Shown: in pieces, positions 27,601 through 36,740 of the stretch | Layout of the letters: each line of letters begins with the position of its first letter | How positions within the stretch are numbered: position 1 is the first letter of the stretch | Source: Candidatus Woesearchaeota archaeon | Lineage (GTDB): Archaea; Nanobdellota; Nanobdellia; Pacearchaeales; GW2011-AR1 | Reading direction: 5' to 3' | Length of the DNA: 64,000 bases | Assembly (NCBI GenBank): GCA_964419275.1 | Contig: CAYQOY010000001.1 | Location: 15,218-79,217, forward strand | The notes under the pieces: model-generated | Database searches by the model: none | Told to the model about the DNA's origin: nothing | What the model saw: only the letters and a program-made list of their open reading frames with translations | Program-made: the position numbers and the translations under genes

Positions 27601-29762
27601 AAATCGATTTTGATGATTGTAGTTATAGGTTGGCACATTATAGCATTTATTTCAAAGATAATGAAAGTGAATATCTTCTAAGTTCTTTATGGAGAAGGTC
27701 TAATTCCGATGAAGATCTTTTAGAACCGGGCCAAGTTTCTGTTTGGGATGCGGGAGAGCTTACTTTAGATTTGGTGGATTTAAAAGAAGGGAAAATTATA
27801 GCATCTAAAGAAATAAAAGAAGTGGGCGGAGACTGGATCGAGGCTTCTCCTAATCCTTTGGTTATAAATTCAAGTGGAGAAATTATCTTTGTTTTACCCA
27901 TAAACAAGCACCCTTCAGCAGGAGACGCGTGGTATCTTGATAATCAATCTTCAGAAATGTATCTATTAGATAAAGAACTGCAAATAATCAGAAAAACCAC
28001 TCCTGTTCGAGGTTATGTTTTAAGTACCGAACCCGTAGTCTTGGAACAAGATTCAAAAATATATCTTGTTGCAAGATATTATCGAGGAATTAGCAGACGT
28101 GACTTGAAAACTAAATTGATAATTTCTGATTTAGAGGGAAATATTGTTCGTGAATTTGGGCAAGAACAATCAAGCACCTCTGAATTAACTACGTTACAAT
28201 CGAGGGCTATAGTTACGGGGGACATTAACAATGATGGAATTACAGAGATAATTACTTTTATTGGAGAAGTTGATTCGGAAGGCTCTTCGTGGATCAAAAT
28301 CTATAATTTTTTTGGGGAATTAGTTCGGGAAATAGAAATCCCCAACCTTTATTTTGCTAGTATCACGGATCAAATAAGTTTAGGAGATTATGATAAAAAT
28401 GGTAAACTAGATTTATCTCTTATTCTAAATGAGTATTATCGAGATGGTCCTTTTGGTAAAGAGGGAAATTCTACATTATATCGTTTTGATTTAGGTTATG
28501 ACTATCTTCCTGAAAATCTTTATTGGCCAGACTTTTACGACTCTCAAAATAGCAGATATTACAACTCTGTTCAAAGTCAAATTCAACTACCGTTTTTAGA
28601 TGTAACTGCTCCAATTTATTCAGACGCAAATCATAGCAATACAACTACAGGACAAGCAACTGAGTTTTCTGTTCTCTGGGGGGATGAAACTTCTTTAAAT
28701 CCAAATGGAAAATATATCTTTTCAACTAATAACACGGGAATTTGGATAAATGATTCTGAAGTTAAATTTTCCATGACTCCAATCTGGGCGAATGTCACAA
28801 AAACTTTGGTTTCTCAAGTAGGAGTCACAATAGGTTATAGATGGTATGCTTCAGACAACGCAAGCAACTGGAACTCCACTCCAATTTATTCTTTTGTTAC
28901 AGCTCCTTCTTCACCGATTCCAATTATAGATAAAACAGCTCCAACTTATTCAAATGTAGGACATCAAATAAGTCTTAGTAATTTAAAGTCTACAACCATA
29001 AAATTCTTCTCCTACTGGAACGATGAAACTTCTTTGAATCCAAATGGACAGTATATCTTTTCTACAAATGCTTCAGGTGTATGGAAGAATAATTCTCCAA
29101 TTAAATTTTCAATAACTCCTAGTTGGGCAAATAGCACTTTGACCATTAGCACTGGTGCAAAGGTAATTGGTTATAAATGGTACGCTTCAGATAATGCAAG
29201 TAATTGGAATTCCACCCAAGTTTATTCTTTGAAAGTTGGTAATATTGTACTTCCTCCAGAGAATCCTGTTCCTGTTGAGCCACCTAAAGAAACTCCGAAT
29301 CCTGTAGAACCACCAATAGAAGAAGAACCTATTCCAATAAAACCAACTGAACCAATTAAACAATCCGGAGATGTTTATCCTCCAACATATATGAATGTAG
29401 TTCATTTAAACACTTATGCAGGGCTTCCAGCAGCGTTTTCAATAACCTGGATAGATGAAACTTCATTAACACCTAATGGAGAATATATCTTTTCAACAGA
29501 TAACTCTGGGCAATGGGTAAATGATACTCCTGTTAAATTTGGAACATCTACTTCTGCAATTGTTGGAAAAAGCATAACTGTCCCGGTAACAAAAATATTA
29601 ACTTCTCAATCTGGAAAAACAGTAAGTTATAGGTGGTATGCTTCAGATAATTCTGGAAACTGGAGAGCAACCGAAACTTATTCTTTCGTTACAAAAACTA
29701 ATTGGAGAACTCTTTTGAGCAGAGTCACGGGAAACATTATAAGATTCTTCTTTAAAGAATAA
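24630..29762 (+). CDS. giant secreted subtilisin-like (S8) serine protease with FG-GAP-like repeats and a triplicated ~100-aa C-terminal domain
   Basis: Signal/anchor helix. Catalytic triad VKIAILDTGVD (D), HGTHCAATAAG (H), GTSMATPHVAGTAALL (S). DINNDGITEI and GDYDKNGKLD repeats. Three C-terminal copies of ...WxDETSLxPNGxYIFSTxNxGxWxN...YxWYASDNxxNW..T.xYS. Pro-rich linker PVPVEPPKETPNPVEPP. Many N-x-S/T sequons. Confidence 0.85.
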   Translation: MRNKNFIKAFVFLFVVVVLLLSVNSIITFTGKVITESQSSVQNSNFMLDSFRRTNLESINSVNLHGEIPSSVTQINMNTFQEGNLFETESQEPSLNYSGFIVELKEEPRVKKRVELEELAKKNQEIIDTYPVYSPIKVLNLISGVDEKNLDIFIASAQQRQISEKEKVKSEVVNLVQEKINQGKNPLTGNAIFEDTQINPENIITAEFQELFNGFAINVDEETAREIGEIEGVKRVWPNMIVQATLMDSVPLIQEGIPSGQLDFEGNDCTISRKECLTGKGVKIAILDTGVDYTHPDLGGCTLEQVLAGTCEKVISGQNFVWENGFLYPNKFLDDYGHGTHCAATAAGEGVLKGVAPEAKILAYKVLNSEGSGTYGWILGGIEKSIENNADILSLSFGSIYGNPDDPLSQAVDNAVLVGKVVVVAAGNDGEDGKETIGSPGVARRVITVGAVTKNDFLAYFSSKGPVRWKNSEGIEQELVKPDVLAPGVSICAAQASQDKIWQEVYTYYDENIHCIDETHISISGTSMATPHVAGTAALLKQKNMSLSPEEIKQILKMNSIDLGLSIFEQGMGRINVSKSLREEVPLVSVNVFLSGDILRFQGSVQSLEPRKYYLEYFNRYSSLWESVSSELTSGEFDLEMSKGHFNNERGLFRIKTLFPNKKEFYYYFFSPYLNNFDIERVGLISPYMTSPLEQVTLDVNTDYIYPSYDIEIKKPFEEDWEIIYSSSEPLKKGQTITFQTGNFLAGKYTLRLVAKRADSTKVISPSFFAVFIEMSAEDKIKPLNFKVYPLSPSFLKGDDNYLVLAETAETSEMDGVPRWKIHVFKGDEEISLIDELKNKNFHPLLIYPLSDYGHIGFLPFFKAEELSLFLLSEVDDTQRYSSYDSYLRLGEVNLQGEYLDSWPYHLVEGLLNQFWFKQLIKSPEKNFFWGFYGNNSFFKEYMALPPGEKSSVYCLYTNKYIQSLEKEFFIFDNSGNLIKKISDKIFKEGEIDFDDCSYRLAHYSIYFKDNESEYLLSSLWRRSNSDEDLLEPGQVSVWDAGELTLDLVDLKEGKIIASKEIKEVGGDWIEASPNPLVINSSGEIIFVLPINKHPSAGDAWYLDNQSSEMYLLDKELQIIRKTTPVRGYVLSTEPVVLEQDSKIYLVARYYRGISRRDLKTKLIISDLEGNIVREFGQEQSSTSELTTLQSRAIVTGDINNDGITEIITFIGEVDSEGSSWIKIYNFFGELVREIEIPNLYFASITDQISLGDYDKNGKLDLSLILNEYYRDGPFGKEGNSTLYRFDLGYDYLPENLYWPDFYDSQNSRYYNSVQSQIQLPFLDVTAPIYSDANHSNTTTGQATEFSVLWGDETSLNPNGKYIFSTNNTGIWINDSEVKFSMTPIWANVTKTLVSQVGVTIGYRWYASDNASNWNSTPIYSFVTAPSSPIPIIDKTAPTYSNVGHQISLSNLKSTTIKFFSYWNDETSLNPNGQYIFSTNASGVWKNNSPIKFSITPSWANSTLTISTGAKVIGYKWYASDNASNWNSTQVYSLKVGNIVLPPENPVPVEPPKETPNPVEPPIEEEPIPIKPTEPIKQSGDVYPPTYMNVVHLNTYAGLPAAFSITWIDETSLTPNGEYIFSTDNSGQWVNDTPVKFGTSTSAIVGKSITVPVTKILTSQSGKTVSYRWYASDNSGNWRATETYSFVTKTNWRTLLSRVTGNIIRFFFKE

Positions 29763-29807
29763 TTTCTTTTTAGAAATATTTAATAATCAAATCTGTTTAA
29801 GTTAAAC

Positions 29808-30854
29808 ATGGAAAAGAAATCGCTTAAGAATTCTAAACTAAGCGTTGAAGAAAGATTAGAACTAGTTAAAAGAAACATAGAAGAAATTCTTGGAGAAGAA
29901 CAACTAATTGAGCTTTTAAAATCCAAGAAAACACCAGTAATTTACTGGGGAACTGCAACTACAGGAAAACCTCATGTAGGATATTTATTACCTGCATTGA
30001 AGATAGCTGATTTTTTGAAAGCAGGATTTGAAGTTAAAATACTCTTAGCAGATATTCATGCAACCCTAGATAATGTTCCTTGGGAAATTGTTGAAAAAAA
30101 GTATAATTATTATAAAAAAATAATTCCTCTTTTAATTAAATCTGTTGGAGCAGACACTAAAAATTTGAAGTTCGTCAAGGGAAGCGAGTTAGAGTTAAAT
30201 CCAAAATATATGTATGATCTTTTGAAGCTTTCTTCATTGGTTTCAATTCATGATGCATCCAAAGCTTCTTCAGATGTTGTAAAAGCAATCGAAAATCCTA
30301 AGCTTTCTGGAATTATTTATCCTTTAATGCAGACTCTTGATGAAGAATACTTGAAAGCAGACTGTCAACTCGGAGGAACAGACCAAAGAAAAATTATGGT
30401 TTTAGCTAGAGAGAATCTTCCTAAGATGGGTTACAAACCTCGAGTGGAAATTATGAATCCTTTAATTCCCGGACTTATCGGAGAAAAAATGTCTTCTTCA
30501 GATGAAAAATCTAAAATTGATTTGATGGACTGCCCTGAAACAATTGCAAAAAAAATGATTTGTGCAGAGTGTGTTGCAGGAAATGCAGATAATGGAATAA
30601 TGTCTTTTTTGAAATATATTTTGATGACAATTAAAAAAGACAAAAAAGAAAAGTTCATTGTAAAGAGAGATGCTAAATTTGGAGGAGATCTTTCTTATTC
30701 TAATTACGAGGATATTGAAAGAGATTTTGTAAGCAAAAAACTTCATCCTTTAGACTTGAAAAATGCAGTTTCCAAAGAGATAGCTAAATTATTAGAACCA
30801 ATTGCAAAAGAAAAAGAAGCTTTAGAAAAACTTGCAAAAGCAGCTTATTCTTAA
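29808..30854 (+). CDS. tyrS: tyrosyl-tRNA synthetase (archaeal type)
   Basis: HIGH-class motif GKPHVGY, KMSSS (KMSKS) motif. Strong similarity to the M. jannaschii TyrRS pattern IYPLMQ...GG.DQRKI..LAREL...KMSSS...FGGDL...LHP.DLKNAV. Confidence 0.85.
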   Translation: MEKKSLKNSKLSVEERLELVKRNIEEILGEEQLIELLKSKKTPVIYWGTATTGKPHVGYLLPALKIADFLKAGFEVKILLADIHATLDNVPWEIVEKKYNYYKKIIPLLIKSVGADTKNLKFVKGSELELNPKYMYDLLKLSSLVSIHDASKASSDVVKAIENPKLSGIIYPLMQTLDEEYLKADCQLGGTDQRKIMVLARENLPKMGYKPRVEIMNPLIPGLIGEKMSSSDEKSKIDLMDCPETIAKKMICAECVAGNADNGIMSFLKYILMTIKKDKKEKFIVKRDAKFGGDLSYSNYEDIERDFVSKKLHPLDLKNAVSKEIAKLLEPIAKEKEALEKLAKAAYS

Positions 30855-30874
30855 AAATAATTTAATCTTCAAGG

Positions 30875-31798
30875 TTATCTTGTCTTAAATTCAACAACAT
30901 CCAAATCTTTTAGTTCATGCTTTAATCCAACTTTTTGTCCTGCGAATTTTGAACTTGGGCCCCATATTTTTGTTTCACTAACTTTTTCAGAGAATCCCTT
31001 TAAGATTTTTTCAGCAACATCCCTCACTGTCGATTCTGGTTCCAGAATAACTGGCTTGTCTTTGTCTTTGTTTACTTCTTTTCCCGGTTCTTTGAGATAA
31101 ACTCTAATTTTATCAAAACTTTTGAAAATCTTTTCCTTGAGTTCATCGTAATTTTCTTGAGTTTCACCAGAAATCATTACAAATTCATATTTCTTAGACT
31201 GAAGTGTTGAAGAAATTTTTCTAATTTCATTTGCAGAAAGAGAATCTATCTTGTTGAAAAGAATTATTCTTTTTCCATAAGCTCTTTCTGTTTGTTTTTC
31301 AATTTCAGAAATTTGAGCAATTTCTGTCACGAGAAATAAAAGAGTGTCTGCAGAATTAACAAGCCCTTTGTCATAATATTCTGAGCCTATTGCAGGAATC
31401 TCCATTATCTGAATATTTGTACCAGCATAGTGCATTATTCCTTGAACAGGTTGTTTTGTGGTAAACCCATAATGCGCAATTTCTGGTTTAGTGTTTGTTA
31501 GATTTGCAAGAAGAGTGGATTTTCCCGTGTTAGCAAATCCTACAATAACTGCTTGCATATCCTCTTTTTTTATTCCTGGTTTTTTTGAGCCTTTGCTAGT
31601 TTTTCGCGTTGATTCGATCTTCTCTTTAAGCTTAATATACCTTGTTTTAAGATTAGCTAGCATTTTTTCACTGGATTTGTGCTTAGGGCATTCTTTTATC
31701 ATTTCTTCAAGGCACTTAAGTTTCTCTTCATTTGTTTTAGCCAAGAAAAATTGCGCTTCTGCTTTTTTATACTGGGGAGATTGGTTTGTGGATGCCAT
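30875..31798 (-). CDS. DRG/Obg-family GTPase with C-terminal TGS domain
   Basis: G1 VIVGFANTGKSTL, G2 GFTTKQPV, G4 NKID. DRG-like helical N-terminus. TGS-like C-terminus (VYLKEPGKE...STVRDVAEKI). G3 is atypical (MEIPAI instead of DxPG). Confidence 0.6.
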   Translation of the reverse strand: MASTNQSPQYKKAEAQFFLAKTNEEKLKCLEEMIKECPKHKSSEKMLANLKTRYIKLKEKIESTRKTSKGSKKPGIKKEDMQAVIVGFANTGKSTLLANLTNTKPEIAHYGFTTKQPVQGIMHYAGTNIQIMEIPAIGSEYYDKGLVNSADTLLFLVTEIAQISEIEKQTERAYGKRIILFNKIDSLSANEIRKISSTLQSKKYEFVMISGETQENYDELKEKIFKSFDKIRVYLKEPGKEVNKDKDKPVILEPESTVRDVAEKILKGFSEKVSETKIWGPSSKFAGQKVGLKHELKDLDVVEFKTR

Positions 31799-31857
31799 TT
31801 TGGTGCTTAATTCTCTTTAACCCTTTAATATTTAAATATCTTTTAATTAAAAAAGTT

Positions 31858-32655
31858 ATGAAAATAAAAGAAACAGGACTTTCTAAAGAACAGTTAATAT
31901 CTAAAATAATTGAAAAAAAAGAATTTTCCGAGCTTCCAAAAATTGATGTAGAAAATGTTTTCAATAAATTCAACAAACCAAGTTATTCAGACGAAGAAAA
32001 AATTAAGCTAACGAGGGATTCTTTGCGAAAGATTTTTTCAGGGTTTAGCAGTCAAAAGATTTTCTCTTTGAAAGAAAAGTCTTCGGAATGGCATTTGAAA
32101 AAGCATCTTTCCACCAGAGAAAGGCTGCCTCACTTTTCCAAGATTTATTCTAAGATTTTTTCTGGAATGCCTAAAAAAATAAGTATAATTGATTTAGGAG
32201 CAGGAATAAACGGATTAAGTTACAGCTTTTTTGAAAAAGTTGGCTTTAAAGTAGAATATACTGCAGTAGAATCTGTTGGGCAACTCGTAACTGCTATGAA
32301 TGAATTCTTTGTTAAAGAAAAATTATCCGGGCGTGCTGTCAAAATGAGTTTATTCGACCTAGAAAATCTGAAAAAGTTAATTGAAAAAACTCCCCAACCC
32401 AGATTGACTTTTTTGTTTAAAGTTATTGATTCTCTTGAAGCTATAGAAAAAGATTACTCGAAAAAGCTGATTGACTATTTGGCAGGAAATTCTGAAAAAG
32501 TTGTTGTAAGTTTTGCAACAGAAAGTATGATTAAACGAACTAAATTCCGAGCAAATCGTAATTGGATAATTGAATTTTTAAAAGAGAATTTTAATGTTTT
32601 AGATGACTTTTCCTATGGCGGAGAAAGATTCTTTGTTTTAACTAAGAGAAACTGA
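31858..32655 (+). CDS. FmrO/Rmt-Arm-like rRNA methyltransferase homologue (16S rRNA m7G1405 MTase family)
   Basis: Block similarity to RmtB/ArmA: HLSTRERL...YSKIFS...ISIIDLGAGINGLSY (vs HASTKERL...YDFIFS...RVLDIACGLNPLAL), FLFKVIDSLE, VVVSFATESMIKR (vs MAVSFPTRSLGGR). Start set at the internal ATG 31858. Confidence 0.5.
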   Translation: MKIKETGLSKEQLISKIIEKKEFSELPKIDVENVFNKFNKPSYSDEEKIKLTRDSLRKIFSGFSSQKIFSLKEKSSEWHLKKHLSTRERLPHFSKIYSKIFSGMPKKISIIDLGAGINGLSYSFFEKVGFKVEYTAVESVGQLVTAMNEFFVKEKLSGRAVKMSLFDLENLKKLIEKTPQPRLTFLFKVIDSLEAIEKDYSKKLIDYLAGNSEKVVVSFATESMIKRTKFRANRNWIIEFLKENFNVLDDFSYGGERFFVLTKRN

Positions 32656-32700
32656 GTTAATTGTACAATATTTTAAAAACTAGCAAACCTTTTTTTATTT

Positions 32701-33903
32701 ATGACTAAAATTCAAAGAAAAATTTTGAAAAACGGCATGGTTGTTCTTTTTGAAAAAAGAAATCTTCCTGTAGTGAGCGTGGCATTTGCTTCTAAAGCAG
32801 GGGGAATAAACGAAGCTGTTTATGAAAAGGGAATTTCACATTACATTGAGCATATGCTTTACAAAGGAACACCCAAACGAGACGCAAAAAAGATTGCTGA
32901 AGAAATTGAAAAGAATGGAGGTGTTCTTAATGGATTTACAGATGAAGATTTAACAGCCTTTTGGTGTAAAATGCCCAGCAAACATCTTAAGACTGCATTA
33001 GAAGTTTTAGGAGACATGGTTGAAAATCCTGTTTTTGACGAAAAAGAATTGGAAAAAGAAAGAAAAGTTATTTTTGAAGAAATGAAAATGCGGAAAGACA
33101 ATCCCGGAATTTATGTTTTCGACAAATTAGGAAGTTTGCTTTACGAACCTCCTTTTGGAATCTCACTTATAGGAACAGAAAAAACAATGGGTGCGATTAA
33201 TCGGGAAAAGATTATTGATAAATTCAAGAAGCTTTATCAGCCAAGCAATATGATTTTATGTGTTGTGGGAAAAGCTAACTTTAATGAAATTGTTAAATTT
33301 GCAGAAAAAAGATTTTCATTTAAGAAAGCAGAAGTTCCAAAGCAAAAGATTATTGCAATAAATAAATCTCAAATCGAAAAGCGAACAGGAATTGACCAGG
33401 CAAATCTCGTTTTTGCTTATCATGTTCCAAAAATAAAAGACAAGAGAATCTATGCCTCTATGGTTTTGAATACTTTGCTTGCAGGAGGGATGTCTTCAAG
33501 GCTATTTGCTGAAATCAGGGAAAAAAGAAATCTTGCTTATTCGATTCGAGGAGGATTAGACACAGGAAAAGATTATGGGCATGCCTACATTTATGTTGGA
33601 ACTTCCAAGGAAAATGTCGCTAAAGTTAAACAGTTAATAATCGAAGAATTTCAAAAAGTTTCCCGAGATATTTCAGAAAAAGAATTAAAGCAAGTTAAAG
33701 AGCAAATAATTGGAAATTACAAAATTTCTGTCGAGGATTCTTACTCCCAAATGATTAATCTTCTTTATAGCGAAACTTTTGATAATATAAAAAATTACGA
33801 AAAGTACGAGAAATATATTTCTGAAGTTAAAATAAGCGAGATTAAAGAATTAGCTAAGAAAGCAATTGAGAAATACAGTTTTTTCGCTCTTATCCCTAAA
33901 TAA
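32701..33903 (+). CDS. M16 (pitrilysin) family zinc peptidase
   Basis: HxxEH motif GISHYIEHMLYKGT, downstream E in EEMKMR. 400 aa. Confidence 0.75.
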   Translation: MTKIQRKILKNGMVVLFEKRNLPVVSVAFASKAGGINEAVYEKGISHYIEHMLYKGTPKRDAKKIAEEIEKNGGVLNGFTDEDLTAFWCKMPSKHLKTALEVLGDMVENPVFDEKELEKERKVIFEEMKMRKDNPGIYVFDKLGSLLYEPPFGISLIGTEKTMGAINREKIIDKFKKLYQPSNMILCVVGKANFNEIVKFAEKRFSFKKAEVPKQKIIAINKSQIEKRTGIDQANLVFAYHVPKIKDKRIYASMVLNTLLAGGMSSRLFAEIREKRNLAYSIRGGLDTGKDYGHAYIYVGTSKENVAKVKQLIIEEFQKVSRDISEKELKQVKEQIIGNYKISVEDSYSQMINLLYSETFDNIKNYEKYEKYISEVKISEIKELAKKAIEKYSFFALIPK

Positions 33904-33948
33904 AATTAAGATAGGTAATTATAAATTAAAAATCAAGAGTTAACCAAA

Positions 33949-34764
33949 ATGTTTGTTGTAAAAGTTCCGGGCGTTGATGGATTGGGAAAAACAGATGGAT
34001 GCGAAAAAGCAGGAAATGCTATTTTAAAATCTCTTTACGATATTAAAACTAATGAGCAAGGAAAAAAGATAGATGTCAAAGCATTGGATTTAGAAGAGAT
34101 CCATTTAGACAATTCTAATTTAGATTTCACCAACAAGTTGATCTATGAAAATTCCAGAGAAATTTTTGAAACCAAAGAAAGAACAATTTTTTTAGGAGGA
34201 GATCATTCAGTTAGCTATTCTCTTGTGAATGCTTTCTTAGATTATTGTGCTGAAAATAAGCAACTTCCTTTTTTGATCGTTTTTGATGCTCATGTTGACT
34301 GTATAGAAAGTTCTGAAAAGCAAAAAAGAAAGTTTCCTAGCCATAGAGAATGGCTAAGAAGAATTGTCGAACTAGGCTTTCCTAGTCAGAATATCCTCTT
34401 TGTCGGAGCCCGCGCGTTTCAAGAAAATGAATTTGAGTTTCTAAGACAAAAGAACATTAAAGTGGTTTCAATGAATAATTTTGTTGAGGACATTCAAGAG
34501 ATGGGAGATATAATCACAGAATTTTCCAGAGGCAAGAATCTTTATGTTTCAATAGATCTAGATGTTTTAGATTGCGTTTTTGCTCCGGGAACAAGTTATT
34601 CTGAAAATGGAGGATTTAGCAGCAGAGATTTTCTTTATCTTATCCAAAGAGTAAATAAGATCAAAAATCTTCGTGCAATAGATTTAGTTAATTTAAATCT
34701 TAAAAAAGATGAAAAAGAACAAACAGTCAAGCTTGCTGCAAAAATCCTTTCCGAGATAGTTTAA
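33949..34764 (+). CDS. speB: arginase/agmatinase-family ureohydrolase (probable agmatinase)
   Basis: Mn-binding motifs GGDHS, DAHVD, SIDLDVLDCVFAPG. Confidence 0.7.
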   Translation: MFVVKVPGVDGLGKTDGCEKAGNAILKSLYDIKTNEQGKKIDVKALDLEEIHLDNSNLDFTNKLIYENSREIFETKERTIFLGGDHSVSYSLVNAFLDYCAENKQLPFLIVFDAHVDCIESSEKQKRKFPSHREWLRRIVELGFPSQNILFVGARAFQENEFEFLRQKNIKVVSMNNFVEDIQEMGDIITEFSRGKNLYVSIDLDVLDCVFAPGTSYSENGGFSSRDFLYLIQRVNKIKNLRAIDLVNLNLKKDEKEQTVKLAAKILSEIV

Positions 34765-34806
34765 AGAATTAATACAATTTATAAATCAAATTTATTTTAT
34801 TGATAA

Positions 34807-35436
34807 ATGAATAAAAAATTAGCTTTATTGATACTGTCTGATATTTTAATCGTCAGTAGTTTTGGACTCATTGGCCCGATATTTGCATTATTCATTAATC
34901 AAGACTTAAACGGGGGAGTTCTTTCTGCAGGAATTGCCACCGCAATTTATTGGGGGGTTAAATCTCCAATTCAGTTACCTCTTTCAAAATACTTGATAGA
35001 TAAACACAAGAGAAAGACACAATTGCTTTTGATAGGGACTTTTTTGATGATAACTGTTCCTTTAATGTACGTTCTTGCTCAAGACGTTAAGCTAATTTTT
35101 TTGGCACAAGCAGTTTATGGATTTGGGACAGCTTTAGCTTATCCTTCCTGGTTTAGCTTGTTTACAACTTATATGGACAAAACGAAAAAAGGTTTTGAGT
35201 ATTCTCTTTGGAGCACAAGCATAGGGTTGGGCTCTGGCGCAGCTGCATTTTTTGGAGCAAGTATAGCTAAAGTTCTCGGATTTCGTTCACTTTTCTTGGT
35301 AGTTGGAGCAATTGCTTTCACAGGATTTTTAATCTTGATAATTCTGGATAGAATCGAAAATAAGAAAGGCTTTGCTACCGAAAAAAAGAAAAATTTTCCA
35401 AAAAAAGTTCTTAATTTTTCCAAAATTAAAAAATAA
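34807..35436 (+). CDS. membrane protein (MFS-like six-helix unit)
   Basis: 209 aa, about 6 TM segments. No definitive motif. Confidence 0.35.
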   Translation: MNKKLALLILSDILIVSSFGLIGPIFALFINQDLNGGVLSAGIATAIYWGVKSPIQLPLSKYLIDKHKRKTQLLLIGTFLMITVPLMYVLAQDVKLIFLAQAVYGFGTALAYPSWFSLFTTYMDKTKKGFEYSLWSTSIGLGSGAAAFFGASIAKVLGFRSLFLVVGAIAFTGFLILIILDRIENKKGFATEKKKNFPKKVLNFSKIKK

Positions 35437-35462
35437 AAATCAAATAAATAAAAATAATCAAA

Positions 35463-35984
35463 ATGAGATTATTTATTTCCTTGGACATTCCTGAAAAAAT
35501 AAAAAAAGAAATTCTTGAGATTCAAAACAATCTGCCGGAATTTAAGGGCAAGAAAACCGAGAAACAAAATCTTCATTTAACTTTAAAGTTTCTAGGAGAA
35601 GTATCAGAGAGCAAACTAGAAGAAATCAAAAATAAGCTTTCTGAAATTAAACTTTCAGGGTTTAAAACAAAAATTTCTAAAATAGGATTCTTTTCTAAAT
35701 CTGAGATAAGGATAATTTGGCTTTCTATGGGTGATTGTGAGAAACTTCAAGAAGAAATCGATGAAAAATTAAAAGAAATTTTTCCAAAAGAAAAAAGATT
35801 TATGGGGCATTTGACTATTGCAAGAGTTAAATCTGTGAAGGATAAGAAAGGGTTCATAGAATATCTAAATAAAACAAAAATTTCCGAGATGGAGTTTTCA
35901 GTGAAAGAGTTTAACTTAATGCAGTCAATTCTCAAATCTTCTGGTCTAGATTATAAGGTTCTGAAATCTTATCCCTTGCTTTAA
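35463..35984 (+). CDS. ligT: 2'-5' RNA ligase / 2H phosphoesterase (LigT/ThpR)
   Basis: Two H-x-T/S-x motifs: HLTLKFLG and HLTIARVK. 173 aa. Confidence 0.7.
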   Translation: MRLFISLDIPEKIKKEILEIQNNLPEFKGKKTEKQNLHLTLKFLGEVSESKLEEIKNKLSEIKLSGFKTKISKIGFFSKSEIRIIWLSMGDCEKLQEEIDEKLKEIFPKEKRFMGHLTIARVKSVKDKKGFIEYLNKTKISEMEFSVKEFNLMQSILKSSGLDYKVLKSYPLL

Positions 35985-36679
35985 TTTTTTGGAGAGTATG
36001 TTTCTTCAATAAGTTTGAAGATTTCTGCTTTTTTGCCAATAACTTCATTTAATTGCTCTTGTGAAGCATTGGCAATGTTTTTTATGGTTTTGAATTTTTC
36101 AAGAAGCTTCTTTGCTGTTTTGGGACCTATTCCCGGAAAACCCTCAATAATGAACTGAATCTGCTCGTTTTTGCTTAAAGATTTTCTAGAAATGTTTAGC
36201 GAGTTTTCTTTTTCTTTTTTTTGAAGAATAGTGAAAATGAATCTAGCTGTATCTTCTGGATTTTTTGTGAACAAAACAGGAATTTTGTGTTTCAACATGA
36301 TTGAAAGCAAGAAACCCCTTATGGAATTTGCATGAACCCCGGATTCGTGACTGTCAGAGTATAATTCTTGCTCGTAAATCCCCTCTATGACAAGAAGAGG
36401 CGACTCGTATTGCTTTAGCCCTTCTAACTGAGAAACCAATCTTTGGTTTATCATTGAAGAAATGAAATCTGAAACTGTTTTTCGTTCAATCGCAATTCCA
36501 TTCACTAAATAATCCGCAACTTTTAGCTCTTTGAATTCTATTTCAATCCCTAACTTGGAAAGATTTGCCGGGACAAAAGAATTTTTCTCTCTGTAATCCA
36601 CAATTACTTTCAGGGGTTCTCGGAAAGATTTATTCTCTTTTTTCTTTGAGAATATCTGTGAAAAATTGGAATTTTCCAT
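35981..36679 (-). CDS. XPF/Hef-type ERCC4 nuclease with C-terminal HhH2 (short archaeal XPF / Hef nuclease module)
   Basis: ERK nuclease motif IAIERKTVSDF. Tandem HhH FPGIGPKTAKKLLEKF. Start set at the internal ATG 36679, because the longer ORF to 36847 overlaps the IMPDH gene. Confidence 0.7.
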   Translation of the reverse strand: MENSNFSQIFSKKKENKSFREPLKVIVDYREKNSFVPANLSKLGIEIEFKELKVADYLVNGIAIERKTVSDFISSMINQRLVSQLEGLKQYESPLLVIEGIYEQELYSDSHESGVHANSIRGFLLSIMLKHKIPVLFTKNPEDTARFIFTILQKKEKENSLNISRKSLSKNEQIQFIIEGFPGIGPKTAKKLLEKFKTIKNIANASQEQLNEVIGKKAEIFKLIEETYSPKN

Positions 36680-36740
36680 AGCGTTTTCATTGTGCTTGAG
36701 TTTAATTATATTTTTATACTCTAAAAAACTGAGATTTTTC

